NCBI GenBank assembly: GCA_041690135.1
Contig: JAWLHY010000002.1
Span: forward strand, 592,342 to 656,341
DNA from: Armatimonadota bacterium
GTDB taxonomy: Bacteria > Armatimonadota > SYMT01
Direction: 5' to 3'
Length of the DNA: 64,000 nucleotides
The notes under the pieces were generated by a model. It saw only the letters and a program-made list of their open reading frames with translations, made no database searches and had not been told where the DNA came from. Below are positions 9,672 through 18,071 of this stretch, in pieces. How positions within the stretch are numbered: the first letter of the stretch is position 1; every line of letters begins with the position of its first letter. The position numbers were made by a program, and so were the translations under genes.

Positions 9672-10067
9672 ATGCGCACCACCAGGGAATACATCGAACG
9701 GGAAGCCGATGGCGCCATCCGCTCTCGCACGGTCTTCGATTGCGATGCTGATGGGCGGGAGGTCGGGCGAAGGGGTTACGACGCGAGAGGTGAGCTACTC
9801 TACCGGCAGGTAGAAGAGCGTCAGGATCTCCCTTCCGGACGCCGCGTTCAGGTCACCACTTCAGGTCCCGACGGGCAGTTGATGGAAACGCAGCGGATAA
9901 CATTCGACTCCAGTGACCGGCCCACGGAAGCTGTCGCTTGGGCCTCCGATGGGTCTCTCCTGGATCGTCAGGTCTATACGTACGATGACCCTGCGAAAAC
10001 CGTACGCTTTCAGCGCTGGAATCCTGCCGGAGAGCTAATTGAGGACTGGAGCCGAAGTTACGAGTAA
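9672..10067 (+). CDS. Hypothetical protein with YD-like beta-hairpin repeats
   Basis: Repeated [YF]Dxx-G turns (YDARG, FDSSD, YTYDD, WNPAG), with a promoter-like element upstream. Confidence 0.6.
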   Translation: MRTTREYIEREADGAIRSRTVFDCDADGREVGRRGYDARGELLYRQVEERQDLPSGRRVQVTTSGPDGQLMETQRITFDSSDRPTEAVAWASDGSLLDRQVYTYDDPAKTVRFQRWNPAGELIEDWSRSYE

Positions 10068-10472
10068 CGCACTTCTAACCACGACAGCCAAGTACCCCCA
10101 CCTTGATGGAAGGACAGACGACGGCGTCTTTCCTTCACCTGGTCCTGGGAACAGGGCCGTAGTGGGTCGCTTGCCTCGCGGGTTCACGCAAGCCGGGGAC
10201 AGCGCTGTCCCACACGGCGCGACGGGTGCACCTGCAGGACCCGCCGCAGTGCACTCCGAGTGCGGGGGCCTGATCCTGGTCGGGGACAGCGACACCGACC
10301 CTACCGCCTGCATTGCGACTGCCGCGATGCAGTACGGGTGCGAGGGCCGAGCTCCGGTCGGGGACAGCCCTGACTTCGCCGGGTGTACGACTCGACCCGA
10401 CCTCCATCGGCGCGAAGGCTATGGCCGTCCCAGTTGGCAGGAGCCGCATCTTGCGCCACCGGGGGGGGCTTG

Positions 10473-10790
10473 ATGATGGGTGATAGAGCCTTCCGAGAGG
10501 TAGGCCCGGCGGACGTGGCCCGGTTGAACGCGGACTACAGGGTACTGTGGAGCAACTGTGATCTGGACATCCGGATCTGCAGCAGTGGAGACCGGGTCGA
10601 GTTGGAGTTCGTCACGCTCCGAGAGCATGGCGGAGATGGGTTCACCCCGGTCGCAAGTACCGGCGTCGCGACGGGGCGGGCCGTGGCCAGGATCTTGTGC
10701 GGTTTACACCAGGCCTGGTTCGTGACCAACGGGCACGAGGCCCTTCCATACGGACGCATGCGCTGCTACCTTCTGGCGCCCATTCCCTGA
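10473..10790 (+). CDS. Hypothetical protein
   Basis: ORF with plausible globular composition and no family motif. Confidence 0.3.
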   Translation: MMGDRAFREVGPADVARLNADYRVLWSNCDLDIRICSSGDRVELEFVTLREHGGDGFTPVASTGVATGRAVARILCGLHQAWFVTNGHEALPYGRMRCYLLAPIP

Positions 10791-10916
10791 TCCGTTTCGC
10801 TCCGTTCGATCCGTGTCATCCGTGTCGAAAGAGTTGCGGTACTCTGTGTCCCCTCTTGTTCCGTCAGTGTCCCTCTGTGTCGGAGAGAGACCCCATACAG
10901 GGTAGGCGAATGGTAG

Positions 10917-11237
10917 CTAGGGTTCGTGGAGGTAGGTCCGGCCGCCGCCCTGGGCCACGACTTCGGCGAGGCGGTACCACACGTCCTGCGCGATGAACTT
11001 GCGACGGTAGCCGGCGGGGGAGCGGGCTACCCAGACCTGGCCATCGGGCTGGAGTTCGCCGACGAGGTCGCACTCGTGCAGGATGTCGGTGGGGATGGCG
11101 TCGCCGGGCCGCGCGGCTCGGCCGGCGAAGTCGGGAATCACGGTGACGCCCGCCTCCCGCAGGACGGCGATGGCGGCCTCTTCTTCTACTCCATGGCGCA
11201 AGGCGATTTCCCGGGCACGACTTTCGGTAATGGTCAT
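10917..11237 (-). CDS. Hypothetical protein, 106 aa
   Basis: Protein-like composition and GC3-rich codons. Co-oriented downstream of sdhB. Confidence 0.6.
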   Translation of the reverse strand: MTITESRAREIALRHGVEEEAAIAVLREAGVTVIPDFAGRAARPGDAIPTDILHECDLVGELQPDGQVWVARSPAGYRRKFIAQDVWYRLAEVVAQGGGRTYLHEP

Positions 11238-11329
11238 CAGCTATCCCCCGACCATTTTAGCGCCATTGTGGTGCGGCCGGTCGGGGGTGTAAACCACGAA
11301 GGCACAAAGGGCACGAAGGGAAGGAAAGG

Positions 11330-12070
11330 TTACCCTCCCGTGATGCGGCGGATGAGCTTGCCGAGGGGATCGTAGTATTCGTCGACGACGCGCTCCTTGA
11401 GCGGGATAATGCCGTTGTCGGTGATGTTGATGTGCTCGGGGCAGACCTCAGTGCAGCACTTGGTGATGTTGCAGAGGCCGATGCCGAGCTCGTTCTTCAG
11501 CATCGGCAGCCGGTTCTCCGTGTCCAGGGGGTGCATCTCCAGGCTGGCGACGCGGATCATGAAGCGAGGGCCGCCGAACTCGCTCTTCATGTCGTGGTCG
11601 CGCAGGACGTGGCAAACGTTTTGGCAGAGGAAGCACTCGATGCACTTTCGGAACTCCTGCACGCGGTCCACTTCCTCCTGGCTCATACGCCAGGTGCCGT
11701 CCGCTTCCGGCGGCTTGGGCTTGAACTTCGGAATCCGCTGGTTGACCGTGTAGTTCCAGGAGACGTCGGTCACCAGGTCCCGGATGATCGGGAAGCTCTT
11801 GATCGGGGTGATCGTGATCGGGGCCTCGGTGGGGAGGGTCTCGAGGCGGGTCATGCACATCAGCCGCGGCTTGCCGTTGATTTCGGCCGAACAGGAGCCG
11901 CACTTGCCCGCCTTGCAGTTCCAGCGCACGGCAAGATCGTTGGCCTGGGTGGCCTGGATCTCGTGGACGGCATCCAGCACGACCATCCCTTCGCTGATCT
12001 CCGTTTTGTAAGCCTTGAACTCCCCGCCCTGCGCGTCGCCGCGCCAGATGTGAAAGGTCGCCTGCGGCAT
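11330..12070 (-). CDS. sdhB: Succinate dehydrogenase/fumarate reductase iron-sulfur subunit
   Basis: NCKAGKCGSC...C (2Fe-2S), CIECFLCQNVC and CNITKCCTEVCP cluster motifs. Confidence 0.95.
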   Translation of the reverse strand: MPQATFHIWRGDAQGGEFKAYKTEISEGMVVLDAVHEIQATQANDLAVRWNCKAGKCGSCSAEINGKPRLMCMTRLETLPTEAPITITPIKSFPIIRDLVTDVSWNYTVNQRIPKFKPKPPEADGTWRMSQEEVDRVQEFRKCIECFLCQNVCHVLRDHDMKSEFGGPRFMIRVASLEMHPLDTENRLPMLKNELGIGLCNITKCCTEVCPEHINITDNGIIPLKERVVDEYYDPLGKLIRRITGG

Positions 12071-13881
12071 CACTTCATCTCCTCGATGACCTGTTTCAGT
12101 TCGTCGCGCATGGGTCGAACCGGGTCCTGCTCCACCTGCATGCCGCCGTCGGGCTGTTTGCGGATGATGATGTTGACCTGCCCGAAGCGGGCGTCCTTTT
12201 CGGGGTAGTCATCGCGGAACTGCGCGCCGCGGCTCTCCTTTCGCTCGATGGCTCCCCGCGCGATCGCCTCCGAGACGGTGAGGAGGTTGTGGAGGTCCAT
12301 GGCCGTGTGCCAGCCGGGGTTATACTCCCGGTTCCCCTCCACGCGCACGTGGCGGGTGCGGTCCCAGAGGTTCCGGAGGCCGTCGAGAGCGCGGACCATC
12401 TCCTCTTCCCGGCGGACGATGCCGACCAGATCCTGCATCATGTCCTGAAGGTCGTGCTGCACCTGATAGGGACCCTCGCCTCCAGAACGCTCGAACGGCT
12501 CCAACGCCCACCGGGCGGTCGCCTGGATCTCGTCCTCGTTGACTTCCGCGGCCCCTTTTTCACGGGCGTACTGGGCGGCGAACTCGCCGGCGCGCTTGCC
12601 GAACACGAGGAGGTCGGAAAGGGAATTGCCCCCGAGGCGGTTCGCCCCGTGCAGCCCCGCGGCACACTCGCCGCAGGCGAAGAGGCCGGGGACCGTGGAC
12701 ATCTGGGTGTCGCCGTCTACCCGCACGCCGCCCATCATGTAATGGGTGGTGGGGCCCACTTCCATCGGCTCTTTGGTGATGTCGACGCCGCCCAACTCCT
12801 TGAACTGGTGGTACATGCTGGGAAGTTTGCGCTTGATGTGCTCCTCCCCGTTGGGGATCCGCTCCTTGATCCAGGCGATGTCGAGGAACACCCCGCCATG
12901 CGGGCTCCCGCGGCCTTCGCGGACTTCCCGCAGGATGCACCGGGCCACGTGGTCGCGGGTGAGCAGTTCCGGCGGGCGGCGGGCATTTTTGTCCCCCTGC
13001 GTGTAACGCCAGCCTTCTTCCTCGTTGTCGGCGGTCTGGCTGCGGTAGTTCTCGGGGATGTCGCCGAACATGAACCGCTTGCCCTCGCTGTTACGGAGGA
13101 CGCCCCCCTCGCCGCGCACCCCCTCGGTAACCAGGATCCCGCGGACGCTGGGAGGCCAGACCATTCCGGTCGGGTGGAACTGGACGAACTCCATGTCCAT
13201 CAGGTCCGCTCCGGCGTGGTAGGCGAGGGAGTGGCCGTCGCCCGTGTATTCCCAGCTGTTGCTGGTGATCTTGTAGGCCTTGCCGATCCCGCCGGTTGCC
13301 AGCACGATCGCCTTCGCCTTGAATAGCACAAAGCGCCCGCGCTCGCGGGAGTAGCCGAAAGCTCCCGCGATCCGCTCACCGTCCTTGAGCAGGCGGATGA
13401 CGGCACACTCCATGTGGACCTTGATCCCCTGGTGGATGCCGTGGTCCTGGAGAGTCCGGATCATCTCCAGGCCGGTGCGGTCGCCCACGTGAGCCAAGCG
13501 GGGGTAGCGGTGGCCGCCGAAGTTGCGTTGGAGGATCCGCCCGTCGCGCGTGCGATCGAAGACGGCTCCCCAGGCCTCCAGCTCGCGCACGCGGCTCGGC
13601 GCCTCTTTGGCGTGCAGCTCGGCCATCCGCCAGTTGTTGACGTATTGCCCGCCGCGCATCGTGTCGGCGAAGTGCACGCGCCAGTTGTCCCGGTCGTCCA
13701 CGTTGGCGAGGGCCGCGGCCACGCCCCCCTCCGCCATCACCGTGTGTGCCTTGCCGAGGAGGGACTTGCAAACCAGCCCGACCGTTACCCCGGCGGCGGA
13801 AGCCTCGATCGCGGCGCGGAGCCCTGCGCCGCCCGCTCCAATGACCAGTACGTCGTATTCGTGTGTCTCGTAGCCCTGCAT
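12070..13881 (-). CDS. sdhA: Succinate dehydrogenase/fumarate reductase flavoprotein subunit
   Basis: GAGGAG, KAHTVMAEGG (FAD-binding His), QFHPTG, HYMMGG, LHGANRLGGNSL, ESRG. Confidence 0.96.
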   Translation of the reverse strand: MQGYETHEYDVLVIGAGGAGLRAAIEASAAGVTVGLVCKSLLGKAHTVMAEGGVAAALANVDDRDNWRVHFADTMRGGQYVNNWRMAELHAKEAPSRVRELEAWGAVFDRTRDGRILQRNFGGHRYPRLAHVGDRTGLEMIRTLQDHGIHQGIKVHMECAVIRLLKDGERIAGAFGYSRERGRFVLFKAKAIVLATGGIGKAYKITSNSWEYTGDGHSLAYHAGADLMDMEFVQFHPTGMVWPPSVRGILVTEGVRGEGGVLRNSEGKRFMFGDIPENYRSQTADNEEEGWRYTQGDKNARRPPELLTRDHVARCILREVREGRGSPHGGVFLDIAWIKERIPNGEEHIKRKLPSMYHQFKELGGVDITKEPMEVGPTTHYMMGGVRVDGDTQMSTVPGLFACGECAAGLHGANRLGGNSLSDLLVFGKRAGEFAAQYAREKGAAEVNEDEIQATARWALEPFERSGGEGPYQVQHDLQDMMQDLVGIVRREEEMVRALDGLRNLWDRTRHVRVEGNREYNPGWHTAMDLHNLLTVSEAIARGAIERKESRGAQFRDDYPEKDARFGQVNIIIRKQPDGGMQVEQDPVRPMRDELKQVIEEMK

Positions 13882-13890
13882 GGATGCTTC

Positions 13891-14682
13891 CTAGAAGATG
13901 ATGCGGAGGTCGGTGATGGCGCCGGTGGCGACGGAGCGGATGTAGAGATCGGTGAGAACCACGCTGGCGAGGGAGGACCACGCCCACTGCATGTGGTTGC
14001 GGTTGAACATGGAGACGGTCCGCCAGCACTTGTAGCCGGCATCCGCCTGGGATTCCCCGCTGCTCCCGGCGGGGCAAGAGAAGCAGTCTTTCTTCCCGCC
14101 CACCAGGTGGCGCAGTGAGTGGCAGCCGAAGGTGTAGCCGGTGAGCAGGACGACGTTCGCCAGGATGATGAGGCTGCCGACCCCGATGCCGAACCGACCA
14201 TCGAACCAGAAGGCCTTGAGCACGTCATACCACAGGAAGACGAGGAAGAGGAGCGCGAAATAGAGGGCGTAACGGTGGAGGTTCTGGAGTGTGAAGGGGA
14301 ACTGTCGCTCACCCTGGTAGCGGGTGCGAGCCTTCGGTTCCGGTACGGCGCAGGCGAGGGGGTCCATGAAGAACGACCGGTAATAGGCCTGCCGGTAGTA
14401 GTAGCAGGTCATCCGGAACGCCAGCGGAAAGACGAGGATGTAAAAGGCCGGCGAGATCAGCCAACCGTTGATCCGGTACTCGAACGGCAGGAGCGGAGAG
14501 TAGAAGGGGGAGAGGTACGGTTCAGGGTGGTAGTACCGGTTCTCGAAGGCGCGGAAGGTCGCCCAGATCGCGAAGATACTCAGCCCCAGCACTGTCAGCA
14601 GGGGCTTGACCCACCAGGTGTCGTTGCGTACCGCAGTTTCCAGCGGCACCCTCGCCGCCGGCTTATCCGTTGCTAGAGCCAA
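13891..14682 (-). CDS. Membrane anchor of Sdh1/type-F succinate dehydrogenase (Rv0249c-like)
   Basis: Multi-TM protein with YLSPFYSP, FRMTCYYYR, QNLHRY, GCHSLRHLVGG..DCFSC and HMQWAW. TTG start after GGAGG; first gene of the sdh operon. Confidence 0.85.
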   Translation of the reverse strand: MALATDKPAARVPLETAVRNDTWWVKPLLTVLGLSIFAIWATFRAFENRYYHPEPYLSPFYSPLLPFEYRINGWLISPAFYILVFPLAFRMTCYYYRQAYYRSFFMDPLACAVPEPKARTRYQGERQFPFTLQNLHRYALYFALLFLVFLWYDVLKAFWFDGRFGIGVGSLIILANVVLLTGYTFGCHSLRHLVGGKKDCFSCPAGSSGESQADAGYKCWRTVSMFNRNHMQWAWSSLASVVLTDLYIRSVATGAITDLRIIF

Positions 14683-14698
14683 GTTAACCTCCGGAAAT

Positions 14699-14824
14699 CG
14701 GGTGTTCGGGTGTTCGGGTGTTCGGGTGTTCGGGTTGGAGGATGTCGGACGGACGGGAGGTGGTTGGGATTCTGCCTACCGCCTACTGCCTACTGCCTTC
14801 CGCCTTCTGGCCCCTAGCCCCTGA
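14699..14824 (+). repeat. Composite intergenic repeat, copy A: (CGGGTGTT)n + ~45-bp core + (CTGCCTA)n
   Basis: Four exact cgggtgtt units, core ggttggaggatgtcggacggacgggaggtggttggg, then degenerate heptamers. Inverted homolog at 41728-41866. Confidence 0.85.
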
Positions 14825-14826
14825 CT

Positions 14827-15369
14827 TCACATCCAACCCGCCGGCGTTAGGCGGCGGATGCGGGCGGTGAGGTCGCCGAGGTCGTCGCGCACGTGCTCCA
14901 CCAGCATGCGGCACCGGCGGCCGATCAGGTCATCCGGGTCGAGATCGCGGAGTGCCGTGCGGAGCGCCGCCCGGCACTCCGGTCGGTCCAGGTCCTCCGG
15001 ATTGCGGACGTCGGTAACAACTCCCATCGCCACGAGGAGCTGGCCCAGGTGGTTGTCGGGGCGACAGGTGGTACCGGTCACGAAACCGAGTGCTTGGGGA
15101 GTCCAGTCGTCGTAGTCGCTGGAGGGGATCGCGCGGAAGTGCCAGACGGCGCGCTGTCCTTCGATGGGTCGCCACTCCACGAGTTCGGCCGTGAAGACGC
15201 CGGCGGGGTGCACTTCCGCCTCCTCGTAGTGGAAGGGGGGAGGCTGGTGTGGGTGGAGAGCGTCTCCCTCCTGAACACACTCCATATCGGGTAGGGGCCA
15301 CATATCGGCCGGATCGCCGACTTCAGGCGTCTCGCCTGCTGCAGGTTGGCCTTTGAACAGCTTGAACAT
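14827..15369 (-). CDS. Hypothetical protein with a DUF669/phage ssDNA-binding-like pattern
   Basis: RBS ggaggg before ATG 15369. Pattern GVFTAELVE...VWHF...LGQLLVAMG...DDLIGRRCRMLVEH...ARI resembles phage OB-fold proteins (by eye). Confidence 0.6.
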   Translation of the reverse strand: MFKLFKGQPAAGETPEVGDPADMWPLPDMECVQEGDALHPHQPPPFHYEEAEVHPAGVFTAELVEWRPIEGQRAVWHFRAIPSSDYDDWTPQALGFVTGTTCRPDNHLGQLLVAMGVVTDVRNPEDLDRPECRAALRTALRDLDPDDLIGRRCRMLVEHVRDDLGDLTARIRRLTPAGWM

Positions 15370-15579
15370 CGCTTGCCCTCCCTTGGACAAGCCCAGCGTT
15401 CTGGGCGTATTGCGTTAATAGTGCCTCAACCGGGATGCTTGAAACCATCTTCCGCCGCCGGTGGAGTTACTCCTTCGCAAACTTCACTACCGCCGGAGAT
15501 ATTTTTCCGTGCGGCGTTTGCTCCGCGCCCTGGGAAGGGAATGGCACCGTTGATCGGCGTGCGGCGTCGAACAGGGGAG

Positions 15580-15819
15580 ATGGGAATGACGAACGAGGAG
15601 CGGAAAGTGGGCCGGGAGACCGGGACGACCGGGGAACTGCCGCGCGTCCGGGTAGGGACGAATGAGGTGCAGCGGGGCCCGCAGCCCCACCCGGAGGTGC
15701 TGGAAGAGGAAGAGATGACGCCCGCGGGCGCCTACCCGATGGGGGAGGCGATGACGGGAGGGCTCGTGAATGACGATGCCACGAGCGGCGGCGCCGCGGA
15801 CGGCGACATCACTGGCTGA
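15580..15819 (+). CDS. Small acidic, probably disordered protein
   Basis: ATG 15580 or 15586 after aggggag. E/D/G/T-rich, 77-79 aa. Confidence 0.55.
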   Translation: MGMTNEERKVGRETGTTGELPRVRVGTNEVQRGPQPHPEVLEEEEMTPAGAYPMGEAMTGGLVNDDATSGGAADGDITG

Positions 15820-15828
15820 AGCAGCCGG

Positions 15829-16029
15829 TTACTCCTTCACTTCGGGTACGTCGAGCTTGTCGTAATCCGCCTTACTGACGAATTTCGTCAGGTTACGTCC
15901 CTCGTGCTCGCCGCGCAGAGCGTAGCGAGCGCCGCCGCCGCTCTTGGGCTGATAGGTCACCTTCTTGATCTGGCTCTCCGGGACGCTGACCTTCTGCCGC
16001 GACTTGACGTCGTAAAACTCAATTGCCAT
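15829..16029 (-). CDS. Small lysine-rich protein, 66 aa (MAIEFYDVKSRQKV...), possibly nucleic-acid binding
   Basis: Strong RBS aaaggag before ATG 16029. It is the real C-terminal part of the spurious 480-aa ORF 15829..17271. Confidence 0.8.
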   Translation of the reverse strand: MAIEFYDVKSRQKVSVPESQIKKVTYQPKSGGGARYALRGEHEGRNLTKFVSKADYDKLDVPEVKE

Positions 16030-16124
16030 GGGTTTGCTCCTTTGCAGATCGCGCGTGCGGGCTGCCTGCGACCGCATGCAACCTACCCCGGTTCGCCGTA
16101 ACCCAAGCGTGAATCTGACGCAGG

Positions 16125-17594
16125 TCAGGGAGAAAAAGGCCCCACGAACCGTAACCCACCGGCCGAGACATAGCCCCGAGCCCCGGCGACCGCCGTCAGG
16201 CTCACCTGTACTTCGGGCCGGGACCCGGAAAAACGGTACCGACCCAGCGATTGCCAGGTCCCGGTCTTTCCGGGAGTCAGGATGCGCTGGTAATGCGTTC
16301 CTCCGCTGGTGATGTTGTAAACCACCTGCTGGGCGCCGCGCTTCACCGTCGGGGCGTTCGTATAGATTTCCCACTCCCCGTCCAGCGGCAGGGTCGCCTT
16401 CCAGCGGGCCGGATGCTGCGGTTCCGAGGTATCGGGAGCAAACCACTTTCGCACTCCCGAAACTTCCAGCGTTTCCACGGACGTCCACCCGGGAGCCGTG
16501 AAGTCCGGACTTCCGGCGAGGACGTCGATCTCCCAGGGCCGTACCGCGAGCCGGAGCGTAGTGGTGGGCCCGAAGGCGACGGGAATCCGGGGGGCGATGG
16601 GGATTCGGGCCAGCCGCAGCTTCTCTTCCAGCACGCCCAGCGTTCTCGGCCCGCGGAGGGTGAAGGTGAACGCGGCCGTGTTCGCCGGGCGGATCTCTCC
16701 GGGCCCGGCCGGGGCGCAGAGGAACTGGGGACTGATCCAGGTGGGCGTATCGTGGAGCGCCGAAGTGTAACGGGGACCCACCCCCGGGTAGGTCCCCACG
16801 CCGAGCAGTACCGGCAGTTTCGCGGCATCGGCCGGTCCGCGCCGGCTGCCCGGCACCGGCCACGGATCGTCGCCGCGGTTGGTGAAGGAAATGGTGACGC
16901 TCAGGCGCTCGCCCGGCCGGATTTGCGCCGGCGCGGCCACAGATTCGACCCGGGCATCGCTGCGGACCAGCGTCATGTAGTAGTCCCAGTCCCAGTAGGG
17001 ACCGGGGTCTGTGTGGCCGCTGCGGCCGCCACGACGGTTGGGGTCCGTGGGGTGCGGGACCTCGGCGTGCGCAATGATGTGGGTGCGGTCCCGCGGGATG
17101 CCGTGGCGTTCCGAAATGGAGCGTACGAGCCGGGCCGAGGCCTCGTACAGCTCCGGGCAGAAGAAGCCCGGGCGGTAGGCGTACCCCTCGTGCTCCAACC
17201 CGATGGAGCGCGCGTTCAGGTCCGAGTTGCCGGCGTGCCAGCCGATGTCTCGCTCTCGCACTTGCTGCCACACCCGGGCATCCGCCCCGACGACGTAATG
17301 GGCGCTGGCCCGGGCACGGGGGTTCTGAAACCAGCGAACCGCTGACTCGGCCGGGCCTTCAATGTCGTGGATCACGATCCGGTCGATGGTGCGGTCCGCC
17401 GGGCGGTTGGCGGTCCGAAAGTTTGTCGGGGATGCGGGCGCCCAGATAACGCCGGGCTCATCGGTGGCGGGAACCTGGGGATCGGATTGCGCCCAGGCGG
17501 CAGCCGCGCCACAGAGGGCGGTGACCGCGGCCAGGCGAGAAAGCAGCACACGATCGCGGGAGCGTGCGCGGAACCAGGGGATACGAGGCAACAT
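16125..17594 (-). CDS. Secreted N-acetylmuramoyl-L-alanine amidase (Amidase_2) with C-terminal Ig-like and golvesin/CBM-like domains
   Basis: Signal peptide ending AWA-Q; IVIHDIEG, SAHYVV, GWHAGN, SIGLEHEG, IAHAEV, HTDPGPYW; C-terminal TWQSLGRYRF...GLRFV. Confidence 0.9.
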   Translation of the reverse strand: MLPRIPWFRARSRDRVLLSRLAAVTALCGAAAAWAQSDPQVPATDEPGVIWAPASPTNFRTANRPADRTIDRIVIHDIEGPAESAVRWFQNPRARASAHYVVGADARVWQQVRERDIGWHAGNSDLNARSIGLEHEGYAYRPGFFCPELYEASARLVRSISERHGIPRDRTHIIAHAEVPHPTDPNRRGGRSGHTDPGPYWDWDYYMTLVRSDARVESVAAPAQIRPGERLSVTISFTNRGDDPWPVPGSRRGPADAAKLPVLLGVGTYPGVGPRYTSALHDTPTWISPQFLCAPAGPGEIRPANTAAFTFTLRGPRTLGVLEEKLRLARIPIAPRIPVAFGPTTTLRLAVRPWEIDVLAGSPDFTAPGWTSVETLEVSGVRKWFAPDTSEPQHPARWKATLPLDGEWEIYTNAPTVKRGAQQVVYNITSGGTHYQRILTPGKTGTWQSLGRYRFSGSRPEVQVSLTAVAGARGYVSAGGLRFVGPFSP

Positions 17595-17658
17595 CGAGGG
17601 AGAGTTCGGCGCGGTCAGGCTCTGCCTCCTCCTCCGCCTCCTCCTCATCATCCGCAGG

Positions 17659-17925
17659 TTACCAGCGCGGGCCGTACTGGCTGCAGTAATGATCCAGGGC
17701 GTGGCCCCAGAGAGAGAGGAGGCGGTCGTGCCAGGCCATGTCGCCGTGATGCATCGAGGAGAGGAGCGCGTGCTCTTGCAGGAGGGCGTAGCCATCCGCT
17801 AGCCGGCCCGCCTCGGCCAGGCTCCAGGCGCGCAGAAGGACGTCGGTGAAAAGATCGATCTCCTCACCGGGGAGGCCGAGCAAGCGCTCCAGGGGATCGT
17901 TGGAACAGGTGAACGGAGGCTCCAT
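17659..17925 (-). CDS. Small helical hypothetical protein
   Basis: Amphipathic helical pattern (RAWSLAEAGRLADGY...ALDHYCSQYG). Confidence 0.5.
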   Translation of the reverse strand: MEPPFTCSNDPLERLLGLPGEEIDLFTDVLLRAWSLAEAGRLADGYALLQEHALLSSMHHGDMAWHDRLLSLWGHALDHYCSQYGPRW

Positions 17926-18071
17926 GGATGTTACTGCTGGTTCCGAGCCGCCAAACGAGGAGCAGCCCTGTTGCGCCAGTGTTTCCCCGGACTGTACCCG
18001 GATAAACGCTCGTTTCCATGACCAGGGCATGACCGGGGCGACAGTCCGCATCTGCCGCCCCGAACGGTGAA

